From an uncultured Bryobacteraceae bacterium (lineage in GTDB: Bacteria > Acidobacteriota > Terriglobia > Bryobacterales > Bryobacteraceae), in contig CATPCJ010000247.1 of NCBI GenBank assembly GCA_955652915.1, positions 1 through 60,479 on the forward strand: a stretch of 60,479 nucleotides of DNA, written 5' to 3'. A program made the translations under genes and the position numbers. Position 1 is the stretch's first letter. Every line of letters begins with the position of its first letter. Shown piece after piece: positions 46,179 through 56,538 of the stretch. The notes under the pieces are model-generated. The model saw only the letters and a list, made by a program, of their open reading frames with translations, made no database searches and was not told where the DNA came from.

Positions 46179-47240
46179 ATGCAACGATTTTCCATCGCTG
46201 TCATTCCGGGCGACGGCGTCGGCCAGGAAGTGGTTCCGGCGGCGCTCCGCGTTTTGGAAGCCATCGGCCCGCGCTACGATGCAAGCTTCGATCTAAAAGC
46301 GTTCGATTGGGGCGCCGATTACTACTTCCACCATGGCCGCATGATGCCGGCCGATGCGCTGGAGCAGTTGCGTCCCATGGATGCGATTCTGCTCGGCGCC
46401 GTCGGCGATCCGCAGATACCGGACCACATCACGCTGAATGGATTGCTGCTGCCTATTCGCCGCGCCTTCGATCAATTCGCCAATGTTCGTCCCGCGATCC
46501 TGTACGACGGCGTCCCTTCGCCGCTGGCGCGGCCGGGCGCGATCGACATGGTGGTGGTGCGCGAAAATACCGAGGGCGAATATGCGCAGGTCGGCGGGTT
46601 CGTCTATCATCATCAACCGGAGGAAGTGGCCATTCAGACCGCCGTTTTCACGCGGCGCGGTATCGATCGCGTGGTACGGTTCGCTTTTGAGCTGGCGCGC
46701 AAGCGCAATAAGCAACGGCGCGTCACTTCCATCACCAAGTCCAATGCGCAGGGCTTCGGCATGGTGTTGTGGGACCGGGCGTTTCAAGCCGTCGCCTCGG
46801 AATATCCGGATATTGAAACCGAATCGCTGCTGGTGGACGCCGCCGCGATGAACTTTATCAGGCGTCCGGAAAGTTTTGACGTGGTGGTCGCTTCGAATCT
46901 GTTCGGGGATATCCTGAGCGACGTTTCGGCGATTCTGACCGGCAGCATCGGTCTGGCCCCCAGCGCGAATCTCGATCCTACGCGGCGCTTTCCTTCCATG
47001 TTCGAGCCCGTGCATGGATCGGCTCCCGGTATCGCCGGCAGGGGCATCGTGAATCCACTGGCGTCCATCTTGTCGGCGGGGATGATGCTCGAGCATCTGG
47101 GACTGGAGGAGGCCGGACGATCCGTGGAGCGGGCCGTGGCGGGTGTGTTGGCAGAGGGGAAATTCAAGACGCCGGATCTGGGCGGGACAAGTCACACGAA
47201 CGAGGTCACGAGCGCCGTGATCGACCGCATCGCCGGGTAA
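46179..47240 (+). CDS. tartrate / D-malate dehydrogenase (isocitrate-isopropylmalate dehydrogenase family)
   Basis: IAVIPGDGVGQEV..., VVRENTEGEY, NLFGDILSD and FEPVHGSAPGIAG blocks, collinear with E. coli DmlA as recalled. Confidence 0.8.
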   Translation: MQRFSIAVIPGDGVGQEVVPAALRVLEAIGPRYDASFDLKAFDWGADYYFHHGRMMPADALEQLRPMDAILLGAVGDPQIPDHITLNGLLLPIRRAFDQFANVRPAILYDGVPSPLARPGAIDMVVVRENTEGEYAQVGGFVYHHQPEEVAIQTAVFTRRGIDRVVRFAFELARKRNKQRRVTSITKSNAQGFGMVLWDRAFQAVASEYPDIETESLLVDAAAMNFIRRPESFDVVVASNLFGDILSDVSAILTGSIGLAPSANLDPTRRFPSMFEPVHGSAPGIAGRGIVNPLASILSAGMMLEHLGLEEAGRSVERAVAGVLAEGKFKTPDLGGTSHTNEVTSAVIDRIAG

Positions 47241-47714
47241 AAACCGCTCCCTTGGCGAGGGGCGCGAGCTTGTCGGCGGACAAGACCGGTCGGAGAGGAA
47301 GCCTCTGGCCGACGCATCATGCCCCGATCTTCGTGGACGAGAATTCGGGCTTGCACCATCACGAATAGGTGGTCCGCGCCTGATTCAGTTTTCAGTGAGG
47401 GTTCAATTCTAAGAGGCACCGCGGGCTCTTGCAGACTCGGTAAGAAAGATTGCCCGCGCATCGACCCTGCACCTGCCTCGCGAGCAATAACGGAGCGGAC
47501 CATCCTCATCCGTTGAACTTTTCTCCACGCCGGTGCGTAGAAAAGTTTGTGATCCCGCCGTCACGATGTTCGGAGAACCAGGGTAATCCGCTGAAATCGG
47601 ACACTTGCGCGGCGGAGGATCGGTGGCCCGACCCTCGGATGTACTTCATTTACCGTGAATTCGGCCATGCACTTGCATCTGGCCTGAACGATTCCACTAA
47701 CGACTGGAGGACAC

Positions 47715-48476
47715 ATGGAACCCGTTATCGATCTGAACTGCTCACTTCCGAGTGAAGGTACTTTTCTCACACCCTTTGCCCTGATCTGGCAAGACATCCT
47801 GGCGCAGGCTATGACCGGCGAACTCGTCGCGGCGTTGAACTACACCGCCTTATCGACGATATGTGACGATCCCGCGGAAGCAGCCGACGCGTTGGAGCAT
47901 GCGGCGGGTGAACAGGGGCATGCTGCCGCGTTCGCCGCCGAGGGCCGCAAGATTGGAGTGGACGTGCCCAATAACGTCAACGCAAAGCATTGGAAGCGGC
48001 TCCGCGAGGCCTTCATGCGCCGCATCGCGGAGCGCGACTTCATTGGCTGCCTGATCGTCCAGGAGATCATGCTTGAATCCTTCGCCGTCGCAAGCTATGC
48101 ACGCGCCGGGAAGGTGGCGCCGGGGAGCATGGGTAGGACGTTTGCCTCCATCGCGGCGGAGGAAGAAGAGCACATTGAACACGCGATGGCGATACTCAGA
48201 ACCGAGCGAGCCTTGGATGCGCAGCGCTTCGACGACAAGGTGCACGGGCTGCACCTTGAGGTGATGACCACGCTGGCGGAGATGCTTGCGAGGGAATGCA
48301 CGCATGGGCACTGCGAAGTGTGCCACGACAGTTGCGTGAAGCCATCCCTGTCCGAAGTGAGCTTGACCGCGGCCGAGCTGCGCGGAGCGTCGTTGCGGCA
48401 GTACCTCAAGACGCTGGACATGCTGGGACTGCCCGGGGAGGTAACACTTGCATGGGTGAGTCAGTTGCCGGTGTAG
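47715..48476 (+). CDS. ferritin-like diiron protein homologous to aldehyde-deformylating oxygenase (ADO), with Cys/His-rich C-terminal extension
   Basis: GGAGG RBS. Ligand pattern E(GELVAAL) ... ExxH(GEQGH) ... E(IMLESFAVASY) ... ExxH(EEEEH). IVQEIMLESFAVASY resembles ADO LIQSLIIECFAIAAY. Confidence 0.65.
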   Translation: MEPVIDLNCSLPSEGTFLTPFALIWQDILAQAMTGELVAALNYTALSTICDDPAEAADALEHAAGEQGHAAAFAAEGRKIGVDVPNNVNAKHWKRLREAFMRRIAERDFIGCLIVQEIMLESFAVASYARAGKVAPGSMGRTFASIAAEEEEHIEHAMAILRTERALDAQRFDDKVHGLHLEVMTTLAEMLARECTHGHCEVCHDSCVKPSLSEVSLTAAELRGASLRQYLKTLDMLGLPGEVTLAWVSQLPV

Positions 48477-49600
48477 CCGCCAATGTAGCCCAGCAAGCGC
48501 CGGCGATCGACGTCGATTTCGCTTTGATCGGGCATCAGGAATGTTGGAGAGCGGCCGCGGACGTGCTCGCAGTCCTGCGCGGACCTGAACATCCGCCTCT
48601 GCCGGATGACGAGATCAGGGACATCTTTCCATGGATTCCGCCCAGAGCGATCTGTCACGTCGAAGCCGGATCGATCGCCGGCGGGAAGGCGCGCGGTGTC
48701 TACATCGATTCCTTCATTCCTCCGGACCGCCTGGATGCCAACTACATGCGCGACAACCTCGCCCGCGTTCGAGGGGCGGCGGCCTACGCGATCAAGGCAG
48801 GAGCGAAGATCGTCAGTCTCGGCGGATTCAGTTCCATTTTGATCGAGGGCAATTTGGATCAGCTTCCAGAAAGACACGGTACGGTCTTCACCACCGGCAA
48901 TACGTTGACAGTTGGTTTCATCGTTCAGGGCATCAAGAAGATGTGCGCGCTGGAGGGTCGAAACCTCCGAAGATCCACGCTGCTCATCGTGGGAGCGACA
49001 GGAGATGTGGGGTCCGGCTGTGCCCGTTGTTTGGCGCCTGTCGTGAAGCGGGTGCTGCTCAATGCACGCAACATGGAGCGGCTGCGAACGCTCGCCGCGG
49101 AGTTGGAGGCCGATGGAGTTCAGGTAGAGATCGCGACCGGGCTCCAGCAATTCTCCGCGGAGGCCGACGTCGCGATCTGCGCGGCGAGTTTGGCATCCCC
49201 TTCGCTTCTATTGGGCCGGATCGCGCCCGGCGCGATCGTTTGCGATGCGGGTTACCCGAAGAACTTGTCCCCAAGCGGGCAGATGGCCGGCGCCAAAATC
49301 TTCTTCGGAGGTCTGGGACAGATCACTGGCGGATTGAGATTCAAGCCGGATTTTCAGGGCATTCTGAATCGGCATCCATTCCCCGATGTAGTTCACGGAT
49401 GCCTGCTCGAAGGCATGGCTCTGGCTCTGGAGCGCCGGTTCGAGCCTTTCTCCCAAGGAAGGGGGTTCATCACTCCGGAGCGGGTTGAGGAGATCGAGAC
49501 AATTGCCGCGCGGCATGGAATCTTTCTCGCACCGCTCTACAACGCCGATGGACCAGTAGAGGACGGCGTTGAGTGTCTTGCCGGATGGTCGGCAGGATGA
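48452..49600 (+). CDS. acyl-ACP reductase (AAR)-like NAD(P)-dependent reductase
   Basis: GGGGAGG RBS. FALIGHQ..., SLGGFSSI, FTTGNTLT, IVGATGDVGS, CDAGYPKNL and HGCLLEGMALALE are collinear with cyanobacterial AAR (FGLIGHL, ALGGFTSI, FTTGNTHT, VVGATGDIGS, IDGGYPKNL, FACFAEAMLLEFE). Confidence 0.75.
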   Translation: MGESVAGVAANVAQQAPAIDVDFALIGHQECWRAAADVLAVLRGPEHPPLPDDEIRDIFPWIPPRAICHVEAGSIAGGKARGVYIDSFIPPDRLDANYMRDNLARVRGAAAYAIKAGAKIVSLGGFSSILIEGNLDQLPERHGTVFTTGNTLTVGFIVQGIKKMCALEGRNLRRSTLLIVGATGDVGSGCARCLAPVVKRVLLNARNMERLRTLAAELEADGVQVEIATGLQQFSAEADVAICAASLASPSLLLGRIAPGAIVCDAGYPKNLSPSGQMAGAKIFFGGLGQITGGLRFKPDFQGILNRHPFPDVVHGCLLEGMALALERRFEPFSQGRGFITPERVEEIETIAARHGIFLAPLYNADGPVEDGVECLAGWSAG

Positions 49601-49888
49601 GCGCGTGGGCGAAGAACCAGGTCGAACTGTAATGCTGGTTTGCACGCCGGAATCGACTGTTCGGTTAGCCGACTATACGTGAAAATGACGCACTACACAA
49701 GACACTAGCGACAGACACTAGCAATCCCAAGACAAACCAGTTCGGCGGGCCCTGCCCTTCACTCGAGAGGATAGATTCGTCACAACACGTCGACCGAAAT
49801 GGCCAAACGCCAGTGGCAGCCAACGACAGGCTGCACCATGGGGATGGTACAAACCGGTTCGTGAGCGATTCAATACCGGCAGAACAAG

Positions 49889-51556
49889 TTACACAAGCGC
49901 GTGTACGGCGTTGCGATTCATTAACAGTGTTTCCGTCGCCTGGCGGCTCAGCGACGGACCGTAAACATGTCCCTGCACCTTGTCGCACCCTAGCACACGG
50001 ACCAAGTCCAACTCCGCGGCCGTTTCGACGCCTTCAGCCACCACCGTAAGATTCATGCTGTGCGCCAATCGCACGATGCTTTGGACCACCGGCAGTGAAC
50101 CCTCGGGCTCTTGTAGATTTCGCACAAATGATTGGTCTATCTTCAGGGAATCCACTGGAAGCTTGGTCAAGTAGCTGAGCGAGGAATAGCCCGTGCCAAA
50201 ATCGTCAATCGAGATGCTGACGCCGAGATCCCGGATCCGAGACATGCGGATCACCGATCCGGCAAGGTCGCGCATCACACAGCTTTCGGTCAGCTCGAGC
50301 TCCAGGCACTTCGAAGGAAACCCGCTGAGCGCCAGTGCGTCCGCCACGGTTTCCGCAAAATCTCCGCGCTCGAACTGCAACGCCGACACATTTACCGAAA
50401 TGCGAATTGGAAGATAACCCGCCTTTCGCCAGCGAGCGCCCTCCAGACAAGCTTGCCGAAGCACCCAGGAGCCGATCGGAACAATGAGGCCAGCCTCTTC
50501 CGCGATCGGTATGAATTGTTTGGGAGAAATAGTTCCATGGAGCGGATGTCTCCAGGTGAGCAGCGCTTCCAGGCCATCGATTTCCCCATTCATCCGCATC
50601 ACGGGCTGATAGAGGAGATCGAATTCGCGATTCTCGATCGCGCGGCGGAGCGCATTCTCCAGGCGCAGACGTTCCAATCCCAGGGCGAGGTCTTCCGTTA
50701 CGAAGACTTCTAGGGCATCCTTGCCCGCGTTCTTGGCGCGGTACATGGCCAGGTCGGCGTTGTGCAGCAAGTCGGCGGCAGTGTTGCCGTGTTGCGGAAA
50801 CATCGCGATTCCGGCGCTGGCGGTGACGAATAGCTCGTGACCGTCGAAGCGATAGGGCTCACGAAGCGCGTCCAGAAATTCCTGAGACGCCCCGATGACC
50901 GAGTGGACATCCCGCGGGCGCGGCAACACAACAGTGAATTCATCGCCGCCCATGCGGCCCGTCAGATCGCCGGCCGTGAGCAGGCTCCGCAAACGCACCG
51001 CTACGTTCTGCAGCAAACGATCGCCGATAGCGTGTCCCAGCGTGTCGTTGATCTGCTTGAATCGATCCAGATCGATGAACAGCACGGCCAGCAGGCCCGC
51101 ACGCTCCCTGGCCTGGACTAGCGCCGACTCCAGGAGTTCAATGAAGAACACCCGATTGGGCAGGGCGGTCAGTGAATCGTGCCGGGCCTGAAACTTCAGA
51201 CGATCGAGTTGACGATGCTCCAGGATGATTCGCCCGAGGCTGCGGGCCATCAGTTCGATCAGTTCCTTTTCCGCGCCCGAGAAGGTCCGCGCAACGTTCG
51301 CGGACGGTGAGGAAAAACTGAGCGTGGCGAATGTTTCCGATTCCACGACGATCGGCGTTTCGATGCGCGGTCCGCTTCCCGCCGATATTTCCGGCGAGTC
51401 TTCCTCCTCCCGCCTGATCGTTCCCTCGGATAATTTGAACAAACGGCGGCCAGTTCTCAGATGGTCCTGAAAGGCGTCACTGAGCGTTTCATACGAAGTC
51501 GTGCTGAGGCGATGCAGTTCTTTCCAATGATCCGCAAGGTTGCACAAAATTGTCAT
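49889..51556 (-). CDS. GGDEF-EAL domain protein (c-di-GMP turnover) with N-terminal sensor region
   Basis: RMGGDEFTVVL (GGDEF), EALLTWRHP (EAL), and DDFGTGYSSLSYL. Confidence 0.85.
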   Translation of the reverse strand: MTILCNLADHWKELHRLSTTSYETLSDAFQDHLRTGRRLFKLSEGTIRREEEDSPEISAGSGPRIETPIVVESETFATLSFSSPSANVARTFSGAEKELIELMARSLGRIILEHRQLDRLKFQARHDSLTALPNRVFFIELLESALVQARERAGLLAVLFIDLDRFKQINDTLGHAIGDRLLQNVAVRLRSLLTAGDLTGRMGGDEFTVVLPRPRDVHSVIGASQEFLDALREPYRFDGHELFVTASAGIAMFPQHGNTAADLLHNADLAMYRAKNAGKDALEVFVTEDLALGLERLRLENALRRAIENREFDLLYQPVMRMNGEIDGLEALLTWRHPLHGTISPKQFIPIAEEAGLIVPIGSWVLRQACLEGARWRKAGYLPIRISVNVSALQFERGDFAETVADALALSGFPSKCLELELTESCVMRDLAGSVIRMSRIRDLGVSISIDDFGTGYSSLSYLTKLPVDSLKIDQSFVRNLQEPEGSLPVVQSIVRLAHSMNLTVVAEGVETAAELDLVRVLGCDKVQGHVYGPSLSRQATETLLMNRNAVHALV

Positions 51557-51620
51557 CCGCTACAGTTTTAGCGTGGACCTGCCGGGATTACAATGCGCAC
51601 TTGGCCCAGAACGGTCATTA

Positions 51621-52172
51621 CTATGTTGCTGGAAGAATTTCCAGCAACAAGAACACCATGGTTCCAAGCGCGATGGAAACGCCGTGGGGCAGGGTCACGG
51701 CGCGCGGATGGCCGATATCCAATGCCGGATCGCCTTGATATGGCATACGCAGCCGTACCAGTTCCCCCAGGATGAATAGTACGTTTTTGAACGTCCGAAT
51801 CAATCCTCCACGGATCGACAGCAGGCAGATCGCGAGAATACCTCCCAGAATCGCGGTCATGAGAAACAGGATGAGCCAGTTTCTGGCGCCCACGAACGCT
51901 CCGATTGCGATCATCAATTTCACGTCCCCGGCTCCCATTGCGCGCAGGGCGAAAAATGGAAGGTAGACGGCGAACGCCAGGAGCGCGCCGAGGAGCGAAA
52001 CAATCAAGCCGTCCACGCGAAAGAAAAATAGATTTAACGCCAGGCCCAGGAAGAAGCCTGTTACCACGAGCCAATTGGGAATTCGGCGGAACCTAATATC
52101 GTAGATGGAAGCCACGACCACCAGCGCCGCCAGCACAATCTCGGACACCAGGGGCAGTGGAGTCATGGACAT
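51621..52172 (-). CDS. A24-family prepilin peptidase (CpaA-like)
   Basis: YDIRFRRIPNWLV and MGAGDVKLMIAIGAFVG, with several TM helices. The ORF extends to 52211. Confidence 0.7.
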   Translation of the reverse strand: MSMTPLPLVSEIVLAALVVVASIYDIRFRRIPNWLVVTGFFLGLALNLFFFRVDGLIVSLLGALLAFAVYLPFFALRAMGAGDVKLMIAIGAFVGARNWLILFLMTAILGGILAICLLSIRGGLIRTFKNVLFILGELVRLRMPYQGDPALDIGHPRAVTLPHGVSIALGTMVFLLLEILPAT

Positions 52173-52247
52173 TCGTATTATAAGCCGCGAAAAAATCGCT
52201 CTACGGTCCACACAGGCAAGAATGCATGTGCCGCACGGACTTCTATG

Positions 52248-53747
52248 TCAGCGCTCTTGGTATTCGCCGAACACCGCGCGCAGCCGATCGGAGATTTCTC
52301 CCACGGTGCCCATGGCTTCGGCGCACGCCAGGATGTGCGGCATCAGATTGTCGCTGGACCTTGCCGCCTGTTCCAACGCAAAGAGCCGCTCCTCCAGAAT
52401 GGACGCGCTGCGCGAGGCGCGCAGATCGCGCAATCTTTCAATTTGCCGCCGCTCGAGTTCGGGATCCAGGCGGAACGTTCCGGCCGATTCCTTTTCCTGC
52501 TGCTTGAACCGGTTTACTCCGACCACGATCGTATCGCCGCGCTCCACCGCCTGTTGGTATTCGTAGGCCGCGTTTTGGATTTCGCTTTGAATGAAGTTAT
52601 TTTCGATGGCGGCCAGCGTTCCGCCCATGGCATCGATGCGCGCGATATAGTCCTGGGCGCCGCGTTCGATTTCACCGGTGAGCTGTTCGATGTAATAACT
52701 GCCGCCCAGCGGATCCGCTGTGTTGGTTACGCCGCTCTCGTGCGCGATGATCTGTTGCGTTCGCAGCGCCAGGCGCGCCGATTCCTCGGTCGGCAACGCC
52801 AGCGCTTCGTCCTTGCCATTCGTGTGCAGCGATTGCGCGCCGCCCAGTACCGCCGCCAGCGCCTGCATCGAAACCCGCACCACGTTCACGTCCGGCTGTT
52901 GAGCCGTCAGCGTGGAGCCGCCGGTCTGCACATGGAAACGCATCGTCATCGAGCGCGGATTCGCCGCTCCAAAGCGATCGCGCATGATGCAGGCGTATAG
53001 ACGCCTCGCGGCGCGAAACTTCGCGATCTCCTCCAGAAAATTATTGTGCGAGTTGAAGAAGAAAGAGAGCCGCGGGGCAAAGGAGTCTACCGCCAAACCG
53101 GCTTCGACGGCGGCGGCGATATACGCGATGGCGTTGGCCAGCGTGAAGGCAACTTCCTGCACGGCGGTGGAGCCCGCTTCGCGAATGTGATAGCCGCTGA
53201 TGGAGATGGTATTCCACTCGGGCATTTCACGCGCGGCCCAGGCGAACAGATCGGTGATGATGCGCATCGCGGGACGAGGCGGATAAATGTAGGTTCCACG
53301 CGCGATGTATTCCTTGAGAATGTCATTCTGCACCGTGCCGGAAATCGTCCGCAGGTTCGCGCCTTGGCCGCGCGCCACCAGTGCGTAGAAGCTAAGGAGT
53401 ATCGACGCGGTGGAGTTGATGGTCATCGAGGTGGTGATATCCGCCAGGCGAATGCCGTCGAACAGGCGCTGCATGTCGGCTAAAGAGCAGATCGCGACGC
53501 CCGCGCGGCCAACCTCACCGGCGGCGAGTGGATGATCGGAATCCAGTCCCATCTGTGTCGGCAGATCGAACGCGACCGAGAGTCCGGTGATGCCTTGCGA
53601 AAGCAGGTACCGGTAACGGCCGTTGCTTTCCTCGGCCGTGCCGAAGCCGGCGTATTGACGCATGGTCCACAGCCGCCCCCGGTACATGTCGGGATAGATC
53701 CCGCGGGTATAGGGAAATTCACCGGGCTGGGCGCCGGAGTCGGTCAT
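52248..53747 (-). CDS. methylmalonyl-CoA mutase family, catalytic (large) domain only
   Basis: [42 protein letters not shown], and the TIM-barrel body. There is no B12-binding domain in this ORF. Confidence 0.85.
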   Translation of the reverse strand: MTDSGAQPGEFPYTRGIYPDMYRGRLWTMRQYAGFGTAEESNGRYRYLLSQGITGLSVAFDLPTQMGLDSDHPLAAGEVGRAGVAICSLADMQRLFDGIRLADITTSMTINSTASILLSFYALVARGQGANLRTISGTVQNDILKEYIARGTYIYPPRPAMRIITDLFAWAAREMPEWNTISISGYHIREAGSTAVQEVAFTLANAIAYIAAAVEAGLAVDSFAPRLSFFFNSHNNFLEEIAKFRAARRLYACIMRDRFGAANPRSMTMRFHVQTGGSTLTAQQPDVNVVRVSMQALAAVLGGAQSLHTNGKDEALALPTEESARLALRTQQIIAHESGVTNTADPLGGSYYIEQLTGEIERGAQDYIARIDAMGGTLAAIENNFIQSEIQNAAYEYQQAVERGDTIVVGVNRFKQQEKESAGTFRLDPELERRQIERLRDLRASRSASILEERLFALEQAARSSDNLMPHILACAEAMGTVGEISDRLRAVFGEYQER

Positions 53748-53995
53748 GACCTGTCGATCTTGCGAGCTTTCAAAAACGACGACACACCGAACCAGCCCAT
53801 GATCAGAACAAACGGAATGGTCAAAGCCAAACGAGGACCGCTGCCCTCCTTGCCAAATATCCGTATCGCGCCGGGAACAGGAATCAAGGCGAAGACGATG
53901 AAAAGCAAGCCGATGAACTGATTCCAAAGGCTATGTATGGGGCGGGCAACCCCAGGGATCACGTGATCCAAGAACTTCTTCGCGAGTGCAAACAT
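53744..53995 (-). CDS. small membrane protein, translationally coupled to the mutase
   Basis: 83 aa with two hydrophobic helices. Its stop overlaps the mutase ATG (ATGA). Confidence 0.45.
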   Translation of the reverse strand: MFALAKKFLDHVIPGVARPIHSLWNQFIGLLFIVFALIPVPGAIRIFGKEGSGPRLALTIPFVLIMGWFGVSSFLKARKIDRS

Positions 53996-54204
53996 GCTGC
54001 CAATACCAGTGTAGCGGAAGCAGAAACTAAGGCCCCTTAGGGGCTCTTCGGCTACTGGGAATGTTTGCTTTTGCCGATATCTTTTGCAAGAGCGGAATCC
54101 TATGCCGGGGCCACTTTCATATTGTCTGAAACTGTACTTGCCTTGCCAACATCAAGAAGGTAGAGTGATATGCTTAGAATGGCCCACCAAGAAAGGGGCA
54201 AGGT

Positions 54205-54528
54205 GTGGAAGAAAAACTGAAAGAGTTGATGCAGGAGCTTGGCAACGCGATCAACGAGTCTCTCTCGGATTCCGATCGCATTGCCGCGGCTATCGGAGAG
54301 ATCAAGCGAGCCGGATACGACGTCTTCCTGGTTCTGGAAGCCACCATCGGATTCAACAAACGTGAGGAATCCGAGGGCTTCGAATCCGACGATGCGGAAC
54401 TCGAGGCGGAGACCGAAGCCGCGCCACCCAAGCGCCGGTTTGAATCAACCGGCAAGATCAAGCTGACAACACAGGATCACAAGTTTTTGAAGGCTCTTAA
54501 GATCGCGATCGACGAAGAAAAACATTAA
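54205..54528 (+). CDS. hypothetical acidic protein
   Basis: 107-aa ORF with a GTG start. No motif recognised. Confidence 0.4.
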   Translation: MEEKLKELMQELGNAINESLSDSDRIAAAIGEIKRAGYDVFLVLEATIGFNKREESEGFESDDAELEAETEAAPPKRRFESTGKIKLTTQDHKFLKALKIAIDEEKH

Positions 54529-55559
54529 CCGCCGAGCAGTTCCAGATAGACATTCCAGGTTTGTTCCACCGCTTTCTCCCAGTTAAACTCTTTGCTGCGC
54601 TCCAGACCTTTGCGTATCAACTCGTCCCGCAGGGTTTGATCCCCGGTGAGCCTGCGCAATCCAGCCGCGATGGACGCTACGTCCGACGGATCCACCAGCA
54701 AGGCCGCGCCGCCGCTCACCTCCCGCAGCGCCGACGCGTTGGAAGTAAGCACCGGAACGCCCCTGGCCATCGCGTCTAGAACGGGCATGCCGAATCCCTC
54801 ATCCAAGGATGGAAACGCGAAAACAGAAGCGCGTTGGAAGAGTTCTTCCAAAGTAATGCCGGGTACGTATCCCGGGGTTCGGATATCTGCCTTCCGGGGA
54901 CTGCGCTGAATTCGCGCCAGGATCTCTTCCGCGCCAAAGCCGAGCGAGCCGGCCAGCACCAGCTTCCAGCCCGGTGCGGTTTCTTCGAACGCCTCCACCA
55001 GCCGGACGATATTCTTTCGACGCTGTAAGGCGCCGACGAACAGGATCATTCGGTCTCGCGTCGCCGGTTGCGCAGGTGCCGTTGCCGGCGTTGCTCCGTG
55101 CGGAACCACGCGGATCCTGGCCGCCTCAACCTTCAGCAGATCCTGCACCTGACCGGCCGTGAAGCGGGACACTGCGATGATGAGATCGGAGCGCTCGGCT
55201 GCCGTCCTGGCTTGCCCGGTGAATCTCCGCCGGAATTCCGGCGTGGAATAGTCGCCCGTCATCACGAATAGATCGTGGAAGGTCGCTACTGTACGCCGGT
55301 AACGGAGCGAATCGATGCGCTGGTTGAGTCCGTGAAATAGATCGGGTGAACTCGGCCAACCGTTCCACAAGAGCGTGCGGCGGCAGTTTCGCGGGAGCCG
55401 CTCGGAAAACGATTGACGGAAACGATGCGGGCGATAGCAGAATGAATAGTCGGCTTCGGCATGCGCCTGCGCCAGCCCGCTTAGAATCGCTCGTGAGTAC
55501 ACGCCGACGCCCGACAGATTCGGGCCCAGGCTATAGGTTGCGTCGAGAGCGATTTTCAA
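54525..55559 (-). CDS. GT4-family (group 1) glycosyltransferase
   Basis: C-terminal half FAFPSLDEGFGMPVLDAMARGVPVLTS carries the EX7E-type motif. Confidence 0.8.
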   Translation of the reverse strand: MKIALDATYSLGPNLSGVGVYSRAILSGLAQAHAEADYSFCYRPHRFRQSFSERLPRNCRRTLLWNGWPSSPDLFHGLNQRIDSLRYRRTVATFHDLFVMTGDYSTPEFRRRFTGQARTAAERSDLIIAVSRFTAGQVQDLLKVEAARIRVVPHGATPATAPAQPATRDRMILFVGALQRRKNIVRLVEAFEETAPGWKLVLAGSLGFGAEEILARIQRSPRKADIRTPGYVPGITLEELFQRASVFAFPSLDEGFGMPVLDAMARGVPVLTSNASALREVSGGAALLVDPSDVASIAAGLRRLTGDQTLRDELIRKGLERSKEFNWEKAVEQTWNVYLELLGG

Positions 55560-55582
55560 TCAGCCAGAATAGCGGTTTTCGC

Positions 55583-56470
55583 CTACTGCCGTACTTCGGC
55601 CAATCGATCCGCATAAATGCCGAATTGTTCTTCAAGGCCGGTGTCGAGATCCGCTTCTTGAATTGAAAAGCGCGCGGCCGCGCGAGACTGTCCCTGGTTG
55701 CGCGCCGCTTGCTCGATTTCAAGCGCGCCGCGATGCAGCAAATTCTCCACGATGCTCTCGTTCATTCCGGCCACGATCAGTCCGAAACGGCACGCCGCCA
55801 GCCTGCTCACCAGCGCCGGCGCCTCAAAAGTTCGCCGGAGCACTTCCGCCGCGCGGATGAAAACCAGCTCTCGTGCTTCCCGATCGTCCTGCGTCTTTTC
55901 CGCAAGCTCTAAGATCTCGATCGTTGCGGCAAAGAGGACTGAGCGGTTCTGCCGCGAGAGCTGAACGGAATGTCCGGCAATCGTGAAGAATGCCCGCGAG
56001 GTCAACGCGCCGGTGAGCTCGTCCAGGAACGGAGAGGCCCGAAGCGTTTCGATTTTGCGCTGGCGCTCGATGGCGTAACGCAAGGACCGCGCCATGGGCG
56101 CGCACTCCAACTCGGACTTCAGCAACACGTCCTGGGCGCCTTCGCGCAGCAACCAATTGGCGAGCTTGTCGTCTTCGGCGTCCGCCAACACCACGATAGG
56201 CGCGCCCCGCGCCGCCGCGTTCGTTTCCAGAAAGGAGTCCAGCAGGATCGGGCTGTCGGGTAAGCTCAGGTTCAGCAGGATGATGTCGAATGTCTGTTGC
56301 CGCAAACAAGCCACCGCGTCCGCCAGCCGTTCCACCTGAACGATGCTGGACGAGCGCCAGTTGCGCCACTGCCATTGTTCTTCAATCTCGATGAGCGCCT
56401 CGCATATGAGCTGTTCATCTTCGAGATCGTCTTCCACTAATAGGAGTTTGAGTGCTTTTGAGTCCGCCAC
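55583..56470 (-). CDS. response regulator receiver fused to a degenerate GGDEF domain
   Basis: REC: LLLVEDDLEDE...ILLNLSLPDS. GGDEF fold: DELTGALTSRAFF, but the signature position reads RLAACRFGLIV instead of GGDEF. Confidence 0.75.
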   Translation of the reverse strand: MADSKALKLLLVEDDLEDEQLICEALIEIEEQWQWRNWRSSSIVQVERLADAVACLRQQTFDIILLNLSLPDSPILLDSFLETNAAARGAPIVVLADAEDDKLANWLLREGAQDVLLKSELECAPMARSLRYAIERQRKIETLRASPFLDELTGALTSRAFFTIAGHSVQLSRQNRSVLFAATIEILELAEKTQDDREARELVFIRAAEVLRRTFEAPALVSRLAACRFGLIVAGMNESIVENLLHRGALEIEQAARNQGQSRAAARFSIQEADLDTGLEEQFGIYADRLAEVRQ

Positions 56471-56538
56471 TCATGTGAGTGCTGGCGAGCGCCGTTTTGT
56501 ATCAGGATTTCTGAGCCCTTAGACGCTGCCGGCGCTTG

